Shown: positions 19,599-29,753 of the stretch, in pieces
Layout of the letters: each line of letters opens with the position of its first letter
Position numbering within the stretch: position 1 is the stretch's first letter
NCBI GenBank assembly: GCA_963733195.1
Contig: CAVTCR010000064.1
Location: 1 to 64,000, forward strand
Length of the DNA stretch: 64,000 bases
Reading direction: 5' to 3'
Origin: an uncultured delta proteobacterium
GTDB taxonomy: Bacteria > Desulfobacterota > Binatia > Bin18
Notes under the pieces: generated by a model
What the model saw: only the letters and a program-made list of their open reading frames with translations
Told to the model about the DNA's origin: nothing
The model's database searches: none
Program-made: the position numbers and the translations under genes

Positions 19599-20274
19599 TG
19601 CGGGTATTCGCTTGCGCCGTGCCAAATAATGAGGGTGGAGTTACTTGCGGCGTCGTGTTGTATCTGAATAGCAATCTCTCCGGAGCCAGAGGTCGAAAGA
19701 GCATCAATTTGCGCTTGATCGTTGCCGAAGTGGACCTGTTGAATAGACTCCTGATCAGGTGGCGTCTCGTGTGGCTTTTGAAGAGGAGCCTGAGCCACAT
19801 CTGATAATGGTGAGGCCGGAGAGGTACGCGGTGAAGTATCAACGAACGTTTTGAGGGGGGCTATCTGAGGATCATTCTTTGCCGATGGGGGGGAAGATTG
19901 TTGCCGGCGTTATTTAGGGAGAGGTGAGTGGGAACAAGGAAGAGCAGCAATGCAGCTACTGTCCAGGCTGGTATGGGAAAACTCCATGCCGGATGCCACG
20001 ATTCGTACCATAAGCGTAACCTTACTGCCCAGGAGGGCGGAGGTTCAGACAGCCGCATTTCTACTGCCTGCCAGAAGCCTGAGAAGTCGATCGAATCGAT
20101 GTGCTCTTCTATTGTCTGAGTAAACAGTTCCTGTTCACGTTCAAGTAAAGAAAACGTCCGTGCACAGGCGACACAAGTGGCCATGTGAGCGACCATCTCA
20201 CGTCGTAACGGGTTCTGTAACTCATTATCATGAAGGAGCGGAATAACGCGATTAGCGTGCGGGCACGTTGCCAT
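19595..20274 (-). CDS. Zinc-finger (ZAS/zf-HC2) anti-sigma factor, frameshifted near 19870
   Basis: HMATCVAC motif, TM helix, C-terminal ...STLIIW segment in another frame. Confidence 0.7.
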
Positions 20275-20378
20275 AGTTGTGTAGGGAGTAAAGTTAAAAT
20301 CTATATCGGAAACGTGAATACCCAGGAGAGGGCCAGTCGGAATGGAAAGTGAAGCGCGTGAACATAACGAAGCAGCCG

Positions 20379-20951
20379 TTACACCGCATCACGCAGGCGC
20401 GATTGCAGTCGTTTGCGGGCATAATGAAGACGACTCATAACCGTACCACGGGAGCACTGTAAGATTTCACTGATCTCTTCGTAAGACAAACCCTCGACTT
20501 CGCGCAAAAGTATGACTGCTTTATGCGAGGGCGTCAACTCATCGATTGCGGTCCAGATGCGATCTCGTAGCTCCTTATCCTTGACTTTCTCATATGGATC
20601 TGTTGCGGCTTCTGCTGGCATCGCCTCGACGAGGTCGCCTTCTCCGTCTTCGGGTTCCTCACGTTCCAGTAGAGGCTGACGGCCTTTCTGGCGTTGCCGG
20701 TCGATCGCTAGATTGACAACAATGCGATAGAGCCAAGTGTAAAAGCTTGCTTCTTCCTTGAATTGTTTGATGCTTGTGAAAACTTTTGCAAATGCTTCTT
20801 GAGCAATTTCTAACGCGTCTTCCCGATCGTGCAACATGCCAAGCGCAATAGCGACTGCTTTCCGCTGATACCGCTCGACGAGTTCGCGAAATGCCTCCCG
20901 GTCATTTTCTTTGCAACGCCGGACTAATTCCCAATCACTTGCTTCCACCAA
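20379..20951 (-). CDS. ECF sigma factor (RpoE/SigW-like)
   Basis: DALEIAQEAF, SFYTWLYRI, LREVEGLSYEEI, GTVMSRLHYAR. Confidence 0.92.
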   Translation of the reverse strand: MVEASDWELVRRCKENDREAFRELVERYQRKAVAIALGMLHDREDALEIAQEAFAKVFTSIKQFKEEASFYTWLYRIVVNLAIDRQRQKGRQPLLEREEPEDGEGDLVEAMPAEAATDPYEKVKDKELRDRIWTAIDELTPSHKAVILLREVEGLSYEEISEILQCSRGTVMSRLHYARKRLQSRLRDAV

Positions 20952-21158
20952 TACCGCACATTTTTACAGACGTTAGAGCGACTCACATATTCAGGAGCGG
21001 GAATTTTTTTATCCTCTTTGTTGTTTATAGTTCACACCAAGAGCGAAAAATACCCGAGAAAGCTTGACAACTTCGTAAGCTGGCTTTATTTCCTGCAAGG
21101 ACTAAAGTTATACAGCTCATGTCAAAATATCAATCAATTCTGAGGATTGCTTAGTGTT

Positions 21159-21914
21159 ATGATTGAAGTCCAGCAGCTTACCAAGCGCTACGGCGACCTC
21201 ACCGCCATCAACAATATCTCTTTTAGTGTTACTTCTGGACAGATTCTTGGTTTTCTTGGGCCGAATGGTTCAGGAAAAACCACGACGATGCGCATTATCA
21301 CCGGCTTCATGCCGGCGTCTAGTGGGACAGTGAAGGTCGCAGGGTTCGACATCTTCGACGATTCCTTTGAGGCCCGCAAACGCATTGGTTACCTCCCTGA
21401 GAATCCGCCACTCTATAACGACATGACCGTTGCCTCGTATCTTCGCTTTGTCGCGCGGATCAAGGGAATGCGAAAGGCTGACATTGCTGATGCGCTAGAC
21501 CGAGTCGTCAATCGCTGTGGTCTCACGAGTGTCACCGATCGTGTCACCGGGCATCTATCGAAAGGGTTTCGTCAGCGTGTCGGACTGGCACAGGCGATCA
21601 TCCATAATCCGCAGGTGTTGGTGCTCGACGAACCCACTGTCGGCCTTGATCCACAACAGATCATCGAGATCCGTTCTTTGATCAAAGAACTTTCTGGTGC
21701 GCATACCGTCGTGCTTTCCACGCATATTCTCCCAGAGGTTGCGCAGGTCTGTGAAAAAGTCGTCATTATCAGTTCTGGACGGGTGGTGATGGAAGATATG
21801 ATGACCAATCTCGCTCAGGGAAAATCGCTCGAAGATGTTTTTCTCCAAGCGATCTCACAAGATGAACCGCAACGGAGCGCGCAACAAGGCCTCGAGGCTG
21901 AGGTGGCACAATGA
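21159..21914 (+). CDS. ABC transporter ATP-binding protein (GldA-like)
   Basis: GPNGSGKTT, LSKGFRQR, LDEPT. Confidence 0.92.
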   Translation: MIEVQQLTKRYGDLTAINNISFSVTSGQILGFLGPNGSGKTTTMRIITGFMPASSGTVKVAGFDIFDDSFEARKRIGYLPENPPLYNDMTVASYLRFVARIKGMRKADIADALDRVVNRCGLTSVTDRVTGHLSKGFRQRVGLAQAIIHNPQVLVLDEPTVGLDPQQIIEIRSLIKELSGAHTVVLSTHILPEVAQVCEKVVIISSGRVVMEDMMTNLAQGKSLEDVFLQAISQDEPQRSAQQGLEAEVAQ

Positions 21915-22687
21915 GAAACGTGTTCACCATTGTCGGCAAAGAATTGCGCTCCTATTTTGTTTCACCGATTGCTTATGTCGTACTGACCGGGTTCCTGCTG
22001 CTCGGTGGATGGTTCTTCTTCAACTTGCTGTCTCGATTTAACCTCCTCTTAAGTTTGTATCTGCAGATGCAACAAGGCGGAGACGCAGCAAATCGCTTAA
22101 ATCTAAACGATTACGTTATTGCCCCGCTCATGCACAATTTAGCGATTGTTCTGGTGATCCTCGTGCCGATGATCACGATGCGTGCGTACGCAGAAGAAAA
22201 AAAAGGTGGAACCTACGAGTTGTTATTAACCTCACCAGTGCGCACTGGTGAGATTGTCTTAGGGAAGTTCCTCGCCTCGTTTCTGTTCATTTGCATCATG
22301 ATCGGTCTTACTGGGGTCTATCCGGCGATCTTGATGAAGTTTGGCAATCCAGAGACTGGAGTCATTGCTTCTGGTTACCTGGGGTTGATTCTCTTAGCGA
22401 CGGTGTTTGTCGCGGTTGGACTGTTAACCTCCTCACTCACGGAGAACCAGATCATTGCGGCAGTGAGCGGCTTGGTGGCGACCTTGTTGCTCTACATCAT
22501 CGGCTGGCCAGCGGAAACAGCTGGTGATGTACTTGGACCATTGCTCCGTTATCTTTCGGTTACCGAACATTTTGCTGAAATGGTGAGAGGGATCATTAAT
22601 ACCCGTTCACTGGTGTATTTTTTCAGTCTCATCGCGCTGGCACTGTTCCTCACCCAGCGTTCGGTTGAGTCACTGCGCTGGAGGTAA
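21911..22687 (+). CDS. ABC-2 permease (GldF-like)
   Basis: KELRSYFVSPIAY, EEKKGGTYELLLTSP, ENQIIAA. Confidence 0.9.
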   Translation: MRNVFTIVGKELRSYFVSPIAYVVLTGFLLLGGWFFFNLLSRFNLLLSLYLQMQQGGDAANRLNLNDYVIAPLMHNLAIVLVILVPMITMRAYAEEKKGGTYELLLTSPVRTGEIVLGKFLASFLFICIMIGLTGVYPAILMKFGNPETGVIASGYLGLILLATVFVAVGLLTSSLTENQIIAAVSGLVATLLLYIIGWPAETAGDVLGPLLRYLSVTEHFAEMVRGIINTRSLVYFFSLIALALFLTQRSVESLRWR

Positions 22688-22692
22688 TCCCA

Positions 22693-24240
22693 ATGGCACG
22701 ACTGGGATCATTTTACGGAGTCGTTGGGATCATTCTGCTCCTTTTTGCCGGAGTCGCGTACTTTATTACTCGTACTTTTTCCTCGTACGTGGTTATTCAT
22801 CTGGTGATGGGGCTCCTTGCGCTTATTGCCTACTTCGCCTCAGCGCAAGGATCGGTCAGAGGATTCCTCGGCGAGCGTTCAACGAAATACGGTGCCCAAG
22901 CTGTGCTGTATTCGTTGATCTTCTTCGGCGTGTTGATTCTAATCAATTACATCGCGGCCAAAAACTCACACCGTTTTGACATGACGAAGTCTGGCATTTT
23001 TAGTGTTGCGCCGCAAACGCAAAGCGTTCTGCAGAAACTCGATAAACCACTAGAGGTTAACGCTTTCGTCGAGGCCGGTTCTGACCCAGCTCTCCGTGAG
23101 TTACTCAGCAGTTACCGATACATTTCCGATAAGGTGAACTTCCGACTGATCGATGCCGATAAGCAGCCTGATCTCGCCGAGAAGTTTCAGATTACCGCTA
23201 TCCCTGCCGTCCATCTTCAGTATGGTGATCGCACCAATGTGGTAACGAAACTCTCAGAGGAAGAGCTGACCAATGGCATCATCAAAATTACCCGGGCCGA
23301 GAAAAAGGTGGTCTATTTTCTCTCTGGCCATGGCGAGCCAGATATTGCTGACATACAAGAGCCGCGCGGTTATGGCCAATTGAAAACCGCGCTCGACAAC
23401 GAGAGCTACGAAGTTAAATCTCTTGTGCTCTCGACTGATGCCGCAATACCAGACGATGCCAATCTGTTGATCGTCGCCGGTGCGGATCGTTCATTACAAG
23501 AACACGAAGTGAAGGCGATCGATACCTACTTGAAGAAGGGGAAGCATGCTCTATTTCTGCTCAATCCCCGAGTGACACCGGAGCTGACGACCTATCTTGA
23601 ACAGTGGGGAGTGAAAGTCGGCAACGATGTTATTGTTGATGAACAGCTGCAATTGTTGAAAGGACGAACGTTCACTCTCACACCATTTGTTACTGCCTAC
23701 GGACAGCATCCGATTACCGAGGAATTTGGTCGCCGCACTGCGCTCACCACGTATGGCCTCTCTCGTTCTGTTGAGCCTCAGGCTGATGGAAAACAGGGAG
23801 TAACTCCAGTCAGCTTGGCGCAGACTGGACCTAATGCTTGGGCGGAAACTGATTTAGAAAGCATCTTTCAGCGACAGACTGCTGGTCTTGATGAAGCCGA
23901 CCGCAAAGGGCCAATCTCTCTTGCGGTTGCGGTCACCGCGAATCTGAAAGATATGGGAGCCGGGCAAGACGGGACGTCAAGGCTTGTTGTCTTCGGTGAT
24001 GCGATTTTCGCTAACAACCAATACATCGGACAATACTTTAATCGCGATCTGCTGTTGAATTCTATTAGCTGGTTGGTAGGCGAAGAAGGGCTAGTCTCGA
24101 TTCGTCCGCGCACAATTCAGGCCTCTCGGGTGCAACTCACGCAAGAGCAAGGAACGCTCATCTTCTATCTCTCGGTATTGATTCTACCGGAACTCCTCTT
24201 GATTCTCGGTCTTGCGGTGTGGTGGCGTCGGTCGTCGTAA
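22693..24240 (+). CDS. GldG-family ABC auxiliary component
   Basis: RFDMT, VYFLSGHGE, LVVFGD, NRDLLLNSISWL. Confidence 0.85.
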   Translation: MARLGSFYGVVGIILLLFAGVAYFITRTFSSYVVIHLVMGLLALIAYFASAQGSVRGFLGERSTKYGAQAVLYSLIFFGVLILINYIAAKNSHRFDMTKSGIFSVAPQTQSVLQKLDKPLEVNAFVEAGSDPALRELLSSYRYISDKVNFRLIDADKQPDLAEKFQITAIPAVHLQYGDRTNVVTKLSEEELTNGIIKITRAEKKVVYFLSGHGEPDIADIQEPRGYGQLKTALDNESYEVKSLVLSTDAAIPDDANLLIVAGADRSLQEHEVKAIDTYLKKGKHALFLLNPRVTPELTTYLEQWGVKVGNDVIVDEQLQLLKGRTFTLTPFVTAYGQHPITEEFGRRTALTTYGLSRSVEPQADGKQGVTPVSLAQTGPNAWAETDLESIFQRQTAGLDEADRKGPISLAVAVTANLKDMGAGQDGTSRLVVFGDAIFANNQYIGQYFNRDLLLNSISWLVGEEGLVSIRPRTIQASRVQLTQEQGTLIFYLSVLILPELLLILGLAVWWRRSS

Positions 24241-24259
24241 GTATACTCCTCGGTTTCGT

Positions 24260-25709
24260 ATGAACCTGCGAAATTCGCTCATCATGCTGGTTATCCTCCT
24301 TGCATTGGGAGGATACGTCTATTTTGTTGAGGTTCCGCATGAGAAAAAGGCTGCCGAGGAAAAGAAGCTGTTGACCCTTGATAAGGAGGCAGTGAGCGAA
24401 CTCACTCTTACTTATCCCAACCGTACCCTGACTTTGAAAAAAACTGATGCTGGGAAGTGGCGGATTACGCAGCCAATTGAAGCAGATGCCGATGAAACAA
24501 CTGTGAAAAATTTGATCAACGCAATTGCCGATGCTGAGGTAAAGCGGACACTCGATGAGGCTCCCCAGGATCTCGCAGTTTACGGACTGACCACACCAGT
24601 AGTGAAGGCAAAGCTCGTACTCAAGGATGGGAAGAGCTTTCCGCTTGATCTCGTTCGGCAAAGACACCCCAGTTGGTTTTTCCACTTACGCCCAGAAAGA
24701 AGGAGACGCGAAAGTCATACTTGTGCCGCAAACGCTGCGCATGGGTATGATCAAAGAGGTCAAAGACCTACGGGATCGGACCATCCTGACGTTTAATGAT
24801 GACGAAGTGAAAAAGTTGGAAATTCGTGGACCAGACCGAGAGATCGTCTTGAATAAAGCCGACGGAGGATGGACATTGGAAAAACCCACGCCGGCGAAGG
24901 CTGACGATACCGAAGTCAAAACATTTCTGTCCAACCTCCGATCACTCCAAGCGCAAGACTTTCTCGAAGAACCGATGCTCGGATCGCAAGAGCTTGGATT
25001 AGAACCCCCACAAATGTCGATTACACTCACACTTGATGCAGATAACGCGCAGAAGACGGTGCTGATTGGTGGGGAGAAAACTGACGACAAAGGAACCAAA
25101 ACCCGCTATATCAAACGCGCTGAGCTAGAAAAACCGCTCTTTCTCGCTGGCGAGTGGATCTGGCGCGATCTTAATAAAGGCGTTGCCGATTTTCGTGACA
25201 AAACCGTGGCGCAGTTCACTGCCGAGCAGGTTAAGAAAGTTGAGGTAAAGCGCCAGGATGGAGAGAACTTTGTCCTCACTCGCAGTGCTGAAAATAAATG
25301 GAGCATCGATAAAACGCAAGAAGGAACTCTCAGGGAACCAGCGTTGAGTCAATTTGTCGACGAGCTACGACAACTGCGCGGATTTGAGATTGCAGCCGAG
25401 AATCCGACCGATCTCAGTGCGTATGGACTAGATACCCCCTTTGTTTCCGTTGCTGTTTCTGATGGTGAGGGAAAGAAACTCGCGACCGTCCTGGCTGGAC
25501 AAAAAGGTGAAGGAGCGGAACGAAAAACCTTCGCGATGGCCGAAGGAAGCCAGACGGTCTTTGGCTTGCGAGATTACGTTTTCGATCGACTCAACAAGAA
25601 GCCTGTCGATTTTTGGGAGAAGCCGGCTGAGAAGAAAGAAACCCCGGCCGCGTCACAACCTGCGACTTCTGCTCCTGCGACTGAAAGCCAAGAAGAGTCG
25701 ACTCACTGA
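24260..25709 (+). CDS. DUF4340 domain protein (frameshift near 24645)
   Basis: Repeated W-x-I/L...ADD..V and YGL..P modules. Usual partner of GldG. Confidence 0.8.
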
Positions 25710-25730
25710 CGGCGTTTCTAATCTATCAAT

Positions 25731-25762
25731 AAAAACGCCAGACTTTGTCGAAGCCTGGCGTT
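25731..25762 (-). terminator. Intrinsic terminator between convergent genes
   Basis: Minus-strand AACGCCAGGCTT-loop-AAAGTCTGGCGTT followed by TTTAT. Confidence 0.65.
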
Positions 25763-25771
25763 AGTCAATCA

Positions 25772-26554
25772 CTACCCTAGAAAACGAGTTACCGCATTCA
25801 CGAAAGCTTCTGGCTGTTCATACGGTACCATGTGGCCAGCTTGGTCGATGAGGGTAATGTCAGCTTGCGGAATCAGCTTCTTGAATTGGTCGGCATAGAC
25901 TGGTGGGATTAGCTTGTCGCTCTTGCCCCAGACTACGAGAGTAGGGGCAGTGAGACGATACAAACGTTTTGATAACCGACGGTTAGGAATTGGGAACAAG
26001 ATCTTCCCTGCCATGCTCATGCGTTTCGAGTTGCCGATGTAGAACTCCTTCAGCGCCTCGGGGTTTTTGAGATCAAGTCCGGCGGTGAGCAGGGTCTCGC
26101 CTTGGGCACGATCGTGAAAGAGATACTGGGCATATTCATGGGGTAAGAACGAGAAGATGTCCGGAATCGGACTCTTTTCAATCCATAACCCTGCTGAACA
26201 GACCAACACCAGTTTTGTCACATCGTTGGGAGCAAGACTCGCCATCTCGGCAGCAATCATCCCACCCATAGAGTGACCCATCAGGTGTGGCTTATTCAAG
26301 CCTAACGCTGAGACGACATCCCAGCCATGCAGAGTGAAATCGAGCATGTCTTCCAGCAGTTCTTCACCAGTGGATTCGCCGTAAGCAGGGAACTCAGGAG
26401 CAAACACGTGATAACGAGTCGCGAGGCGATCGAGAAACGGATTCTCGGCGAAAAGACCGCCTGCACCGTGCATGAAAACAAGAGGTGCGCCACTCCCCGC
26501 CTCAAGTACGCGAACTTTCGCCCCGCGCTTGGTCTCAATTTTGTGGATCTTCAT
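25772..26554 (-). CDS. Alpha/beta hydrolase
   Basis: HGAGG, GHSMGG, WGKSD, AGH. Coupled to the LLM stop by ATGA. Confidence 0.9.
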   Translation of the reverse strand: MKIHKIETKRGAKVRVLEAGSGAPLVFMHGAGGLFAENPFLDRLATRYHVFAPEFPAYGESTGEELLEDMLDFTLHGWDVVSALGLNKPHLMGHSMGGMIAAEMASLAPNDVTKLVLVCSAGLWIEKSPIPDIFSFLPHEYAQYLFHDRAQGETLLTAGLDLKNPEALKEFYIGNSKRMSMAGKILFPIPNRRLSKRLYRLTAPTLVVWGKSDKLIPPVYADQFKKLIPQADITLIDQAGHMVPYEQPEAFVNAVTRFLG

Positions 26555-27812
26555 AGCGGGAGCCTCCCGTCCTGCCGTGCTTGTTCTACTGTGGTTTCTG
26601 GTTGGAGACGTTCCTCCATCGGCTTGCACCACCAGCGGTTGTCGTCTTTCCACTCTGGCCACATGTTACGAAGCTCAGGCATGACTTTCTCGGCGAACAG
26701 TTTCGTCGAATAGCGAGTTTTCCAGTCGGGCATATTGCCAACATGCATCAGACAGAAAATGTGTCCGACGTGTAGCCCTTTGATAAGTTCTTCCATTTGT
26801 TCGCGGACTGTTGCCGGACTTCCGGCAATCACATAGCGACCATCGATAGTTCTTTCCAGGAGAGCGAAGGGAAAAGATTCTGCATATCCTCACTTAAGGC
26901 ATTAAGCACATCTGCTTGTAAGGTCTTAATCGTGCGATATCCAGGAGCATCAGCGAAACCGCCGTAAATATGCAGGCAGCGGTTATAGAAGTAGTTGACG
27001 TGCTCAGCGTACAGCTTCTCTGCTTCTTGGTCTGTCTCGGCGACACAGATTGTTTGGGCAAACGCTCCACGATAGGGAGATTCATCCTTGCCGCGTTTGG
27101 CTACTTGATCCCAGTAGCCATCAAGTAACTTCTTGCCACGCAGATAGCCAGTGAAAGACAGATAAGAATAGTTATAGTCGTTATCGAGGCAGAAGTCCCA
27201 CGTTTCAATTGAGCCACCACCAGGAATGTAAATGGGTGGGTGTGGTTTCTGAATCGGCTTTGGCCAGAGGTTCACATGACGTAACTGGTTGTATTTGCCG
27301 TCAAATGCGAATGGCTCTTCCTCTGCCCACGCGCGCCTGACAAGTTCATGGGCTTCGGCGTATTTATCACGCGTTAAGGCAGGAATTTGCCCGTAGCAAT
27401 AATTCGTGTCCATCGAGGTGCCGACAGGGAACCCGGCGAGTAGTCGCCCACCAGACATGACATCGAGCATGGCGAATTCTTCGGCGACACGAATAGGAGG
27501 ATTGTAGAGGGCCAACGAGTTGCCAATCACCGCGATAGCTGCCTTTGAGGTACGCCGAGATAATCCCGCAGCAATGATGTTTGGTGAGGGCATAAGTCCA
27601 TAGCCGTTTTGATGATGCTCGTTGCAGCCAATACCGTCGAAGCCGACCTGCTCGGCATATTCGAGTTGATCCATGTATTGGTGGTAAACGAAATGGCCTT
27701 TCTGTGGATCATACAATTTGTTAGGAATATCGACCCACACTGAGTGATACTTCTCGCGAAAATCATCCGGCAGGTACGGCCACGGCATCAAGTTGAACCA
27801 CGTGAACTTCAT
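26551..27812 (-). CDS. Luciferase-like (LLM) flavin-dependent oxidoreductase (frameshift near 26840)
   Basis: GFDGIGCNEHHQ, PIRVAEEFAMLDVMSGGRL, PKPIQKPHPP, LFAEKVMPELR. Confidence 0.9.
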
Positions 27813-27839
27813 GCGATCCTCCTTATTCGATCGACTTCA

Positions 27840-27859
27840 TATTGATAAGTTACTCAATA
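27840..27859. promoter_or_regulatory. Palindromic operator matching LuxR/SmcR-type site, overlapping putative -10 of the LLM promoter
   Basis: TATTGATAAGTTACTCAATA. Minus-strand TTGACA (27877-27882)-N17-TATTGA. Confidence 0.7.
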
Positions 27860-27911
27860 GAAGATACTGGTAGCTCTGTCAACGTAATACGATGAGCCTA
27901 CAGTAGAGTCT

Positions 27912-28589
27912 ATGTTGAGTGAGTCAGTAAGTTCTATCCGTTCTCAACTGGTTGCGCCAAAGCGTTTCCGGGCACGACGTCTTGCCCCGCTGGAGCGGCG
28001 TGTGCAACTGCTAGAGTGCGCATTACGCGTCTTTGCTCGACGTGGGTTAGGGGCAGCACGACATGCGGAGATCGCCAAGGAAGCAGGAGTATCTGTCGCG
28101 ACCACGTTTTTTTACTTTCCGACCCGGACGGACCTTGTGAAGGCGGTGCTTGATGAGGTCGAACGTTTCTATTGTGCAATGGCTGAGCAAACGCACCAGA
28201 ACTCCCTTCCAGCTCCGCAGGTAATGTTGGACCACGCCAAGACCTTTGCCGACTCAGTCGACTCGCACCCCGATTATGCTCGAGTTTGGCTCGATTGGAG
28301 TACGGCGATCCGCGACGAAGTCTGGCCACGGTATCTTCGGTTTCAAGAACGAGTTGTCCAGGTTATGGAACGTACGATTCGTCGAGGACAACAGGAGGGA
28401 TCTCTCTCGACTGCGCTCGACCCGAGCGACGAAGCGCATTTACTCTTTGGGTCGGCTCACATGATTGCGCAAATGAAGTTTACTCGACAGTCACCCGAAA
28501 AGATTGAACGGTTTCTTCATACACTGGCTCGTGTCGCTATTGGTGGTCCAACAACAAAACCCATTGTGTCGGTCACCGTTGAGGAGTAA
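27912..28589 (+). CDS. TetR-family regulator, Vibrio LuxR/HapR/SmcR-like
   Basis: RLAPLERRVQLLECALRVFARRGLGAARHAEIAKEAGVSVATTFFYFPTRTDLV and VWLDWSTAIRDEVWP resemble the recalled LuxR/HapR N- and C-terminal motifs. Confidence 0.85.
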   Translation: MLSESVSSIRSQLVAPKRFRARRLAPLERRVQLLECALRVFARRGLGAARHAEIAKEAGVSVATTFFYFPTRTDLVKAVLDEVERFYCAMAEQTHQNSLPAPQVMLDHAKTFADSVDSHPDYARVWLDWSTAIRDEVWPRYLRFQERVVQVMERTIRRGQQEGSLSTALDPSDEAHLLFGSAHMIAQMKFTRQSPEKIERFLHTLARVAIGGPTTKPIVSVTVEE

Positions 28590-29136
28590 GGAGCTGAGTT
28601 TTGAGAGAGGCATCTAGCGGTTTTGCACCTAACCAAATCGCGAAATAGGCCGCAGCAAAATCAGCCCCCTCAATGACTCCTTTGGGCTTGCCATTCAGTG
28701 CCAGCTCGGTCCCTACTCCTGGAATATAAGTGAGCGAGTAACGATCACCAGGTTTGACGTTTTCGTACAAGGTGTTGAGCCTATCGAGACGCGATCGAAA
28801 CGGTGCAACTTGCGCGTCAGGAAAATTGTCAGCAAGAATCTTCTCTGCGGCTTTACCGAAATCAGCCCCAGCAATCGACCAAAAATATTCCAGCTCAAGC
28901 CGCTTGGGAACATCGGTCAACACATCTTCTGGACGAGTTCCTTCTCCAAGATACAGCGCAGCAACGTAACCTTTGAAGATGACACGATAACGCAGCAAGC
29001 CAACGTTGTTCAATGTGAGCGTTGTTGTTCCAGTTTGGTAGCGATCGGCGAACATGACGCCTTCGATTGTTGCCGCTTGGGCAGCGGTCATCAGAACAAC
29101 AGACAAAAAGATAACTCTCACGAGAATGACCGTCAT
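28573..29136 (-). CDS. Chalcone isomerase-like protein
   Basis: LNNVGLLRY..FKGYVAALYL, VKPGDRYSL, FAIWLGAKP. Confidence 0.8.
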   Translation of the reverse strand: MTVILVRVIFLSVVLMTAAQAATIEGVMFADRYQTGTTTLTLNNVGLLRYRVIFKGYVAALYLGEGTRPEDVLTDVPKRLELEYFWSIAGADFGKAAEKILADNFPDAQVAPFRSRLDRLNTLYENVKPGDRYSLTYIPGVGTELALNGKPKGVIEGADFAAAYFAIWLGAKPLDASLKTQLLTPQR

Positions 29137-29183
29137 TGTTCTACACATTCCTTCGTTGGATGCTTGTCTCTCCGGGCATAACG

Positions 29184-29753
29184 TCATCTCCGTGTAGGCG
29201 GGAATCCAGGGATTTGCACCGGTTCTGGATATGAGTCATGGTTGTTTTCCTTTGCCAACCAGACGAGAATCGGCATAGCGACGCCCCAAACAATCGCCAT
29301 CATGATAAAGCTAAAAGTGCGATCTGGATTCAGAGTGAGTGCACCAAGCTGAGCACCTGAATAGTAACTCACCGGTCCGCCGATAACACCAAGAATTGCT
29401 GCTAATCCATATCTCCCAGACAACCAGCGGAGAGAAGTATGCAATGTTGTGGCAAAGGCTACCCAGAGGGAAACCATCCAGAGCGGACTGATCCATATTC
29501 CGGGGCTAGTATTTATAAATGAGAAAACACCTAGAAGAGCTTGGAGACTATCAAGAACAAAACCGAAAACACCGGCAGTGATAAGGAGGCGAAGTTCCTG
29601 GGTATGAGAGTAACCGGACAAGAAATAGAAATGGAGTGCGAGTAGCACGAGAACTGAAAAAGGCCCGATGAGCAGATACTGATGGGCTGCACCGAGAACA
29701 CAGGCAAACCACGTACCGTAGAAGGCAACAATATTTACTAAAATTGGATTCAT
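29184..29753 (-). CDS. DUF2878 membrane protein
   Basis: N...FY..WFACVLG, PLWMVSLWVAFATTL, GGPVSYYSG. Confidence 0.8.
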   Translation of the reverse strand: MNPILVNIVAFYGTWFACVLGAAHQYLLIGPFSVLVLLALHFYFLSGYSHTQELRLLITAGVFGFVLDSLQALLGVFSFINTSPGIWISPLWMVSLWVAFATTLHTSLRWLSGRYGLAAILGVIGGPVSYYSGAQLGALTLNPDRTFSFIMMAIVWGVAMPILVWLAKENNHDSYPEPVQIPGFPPTRR

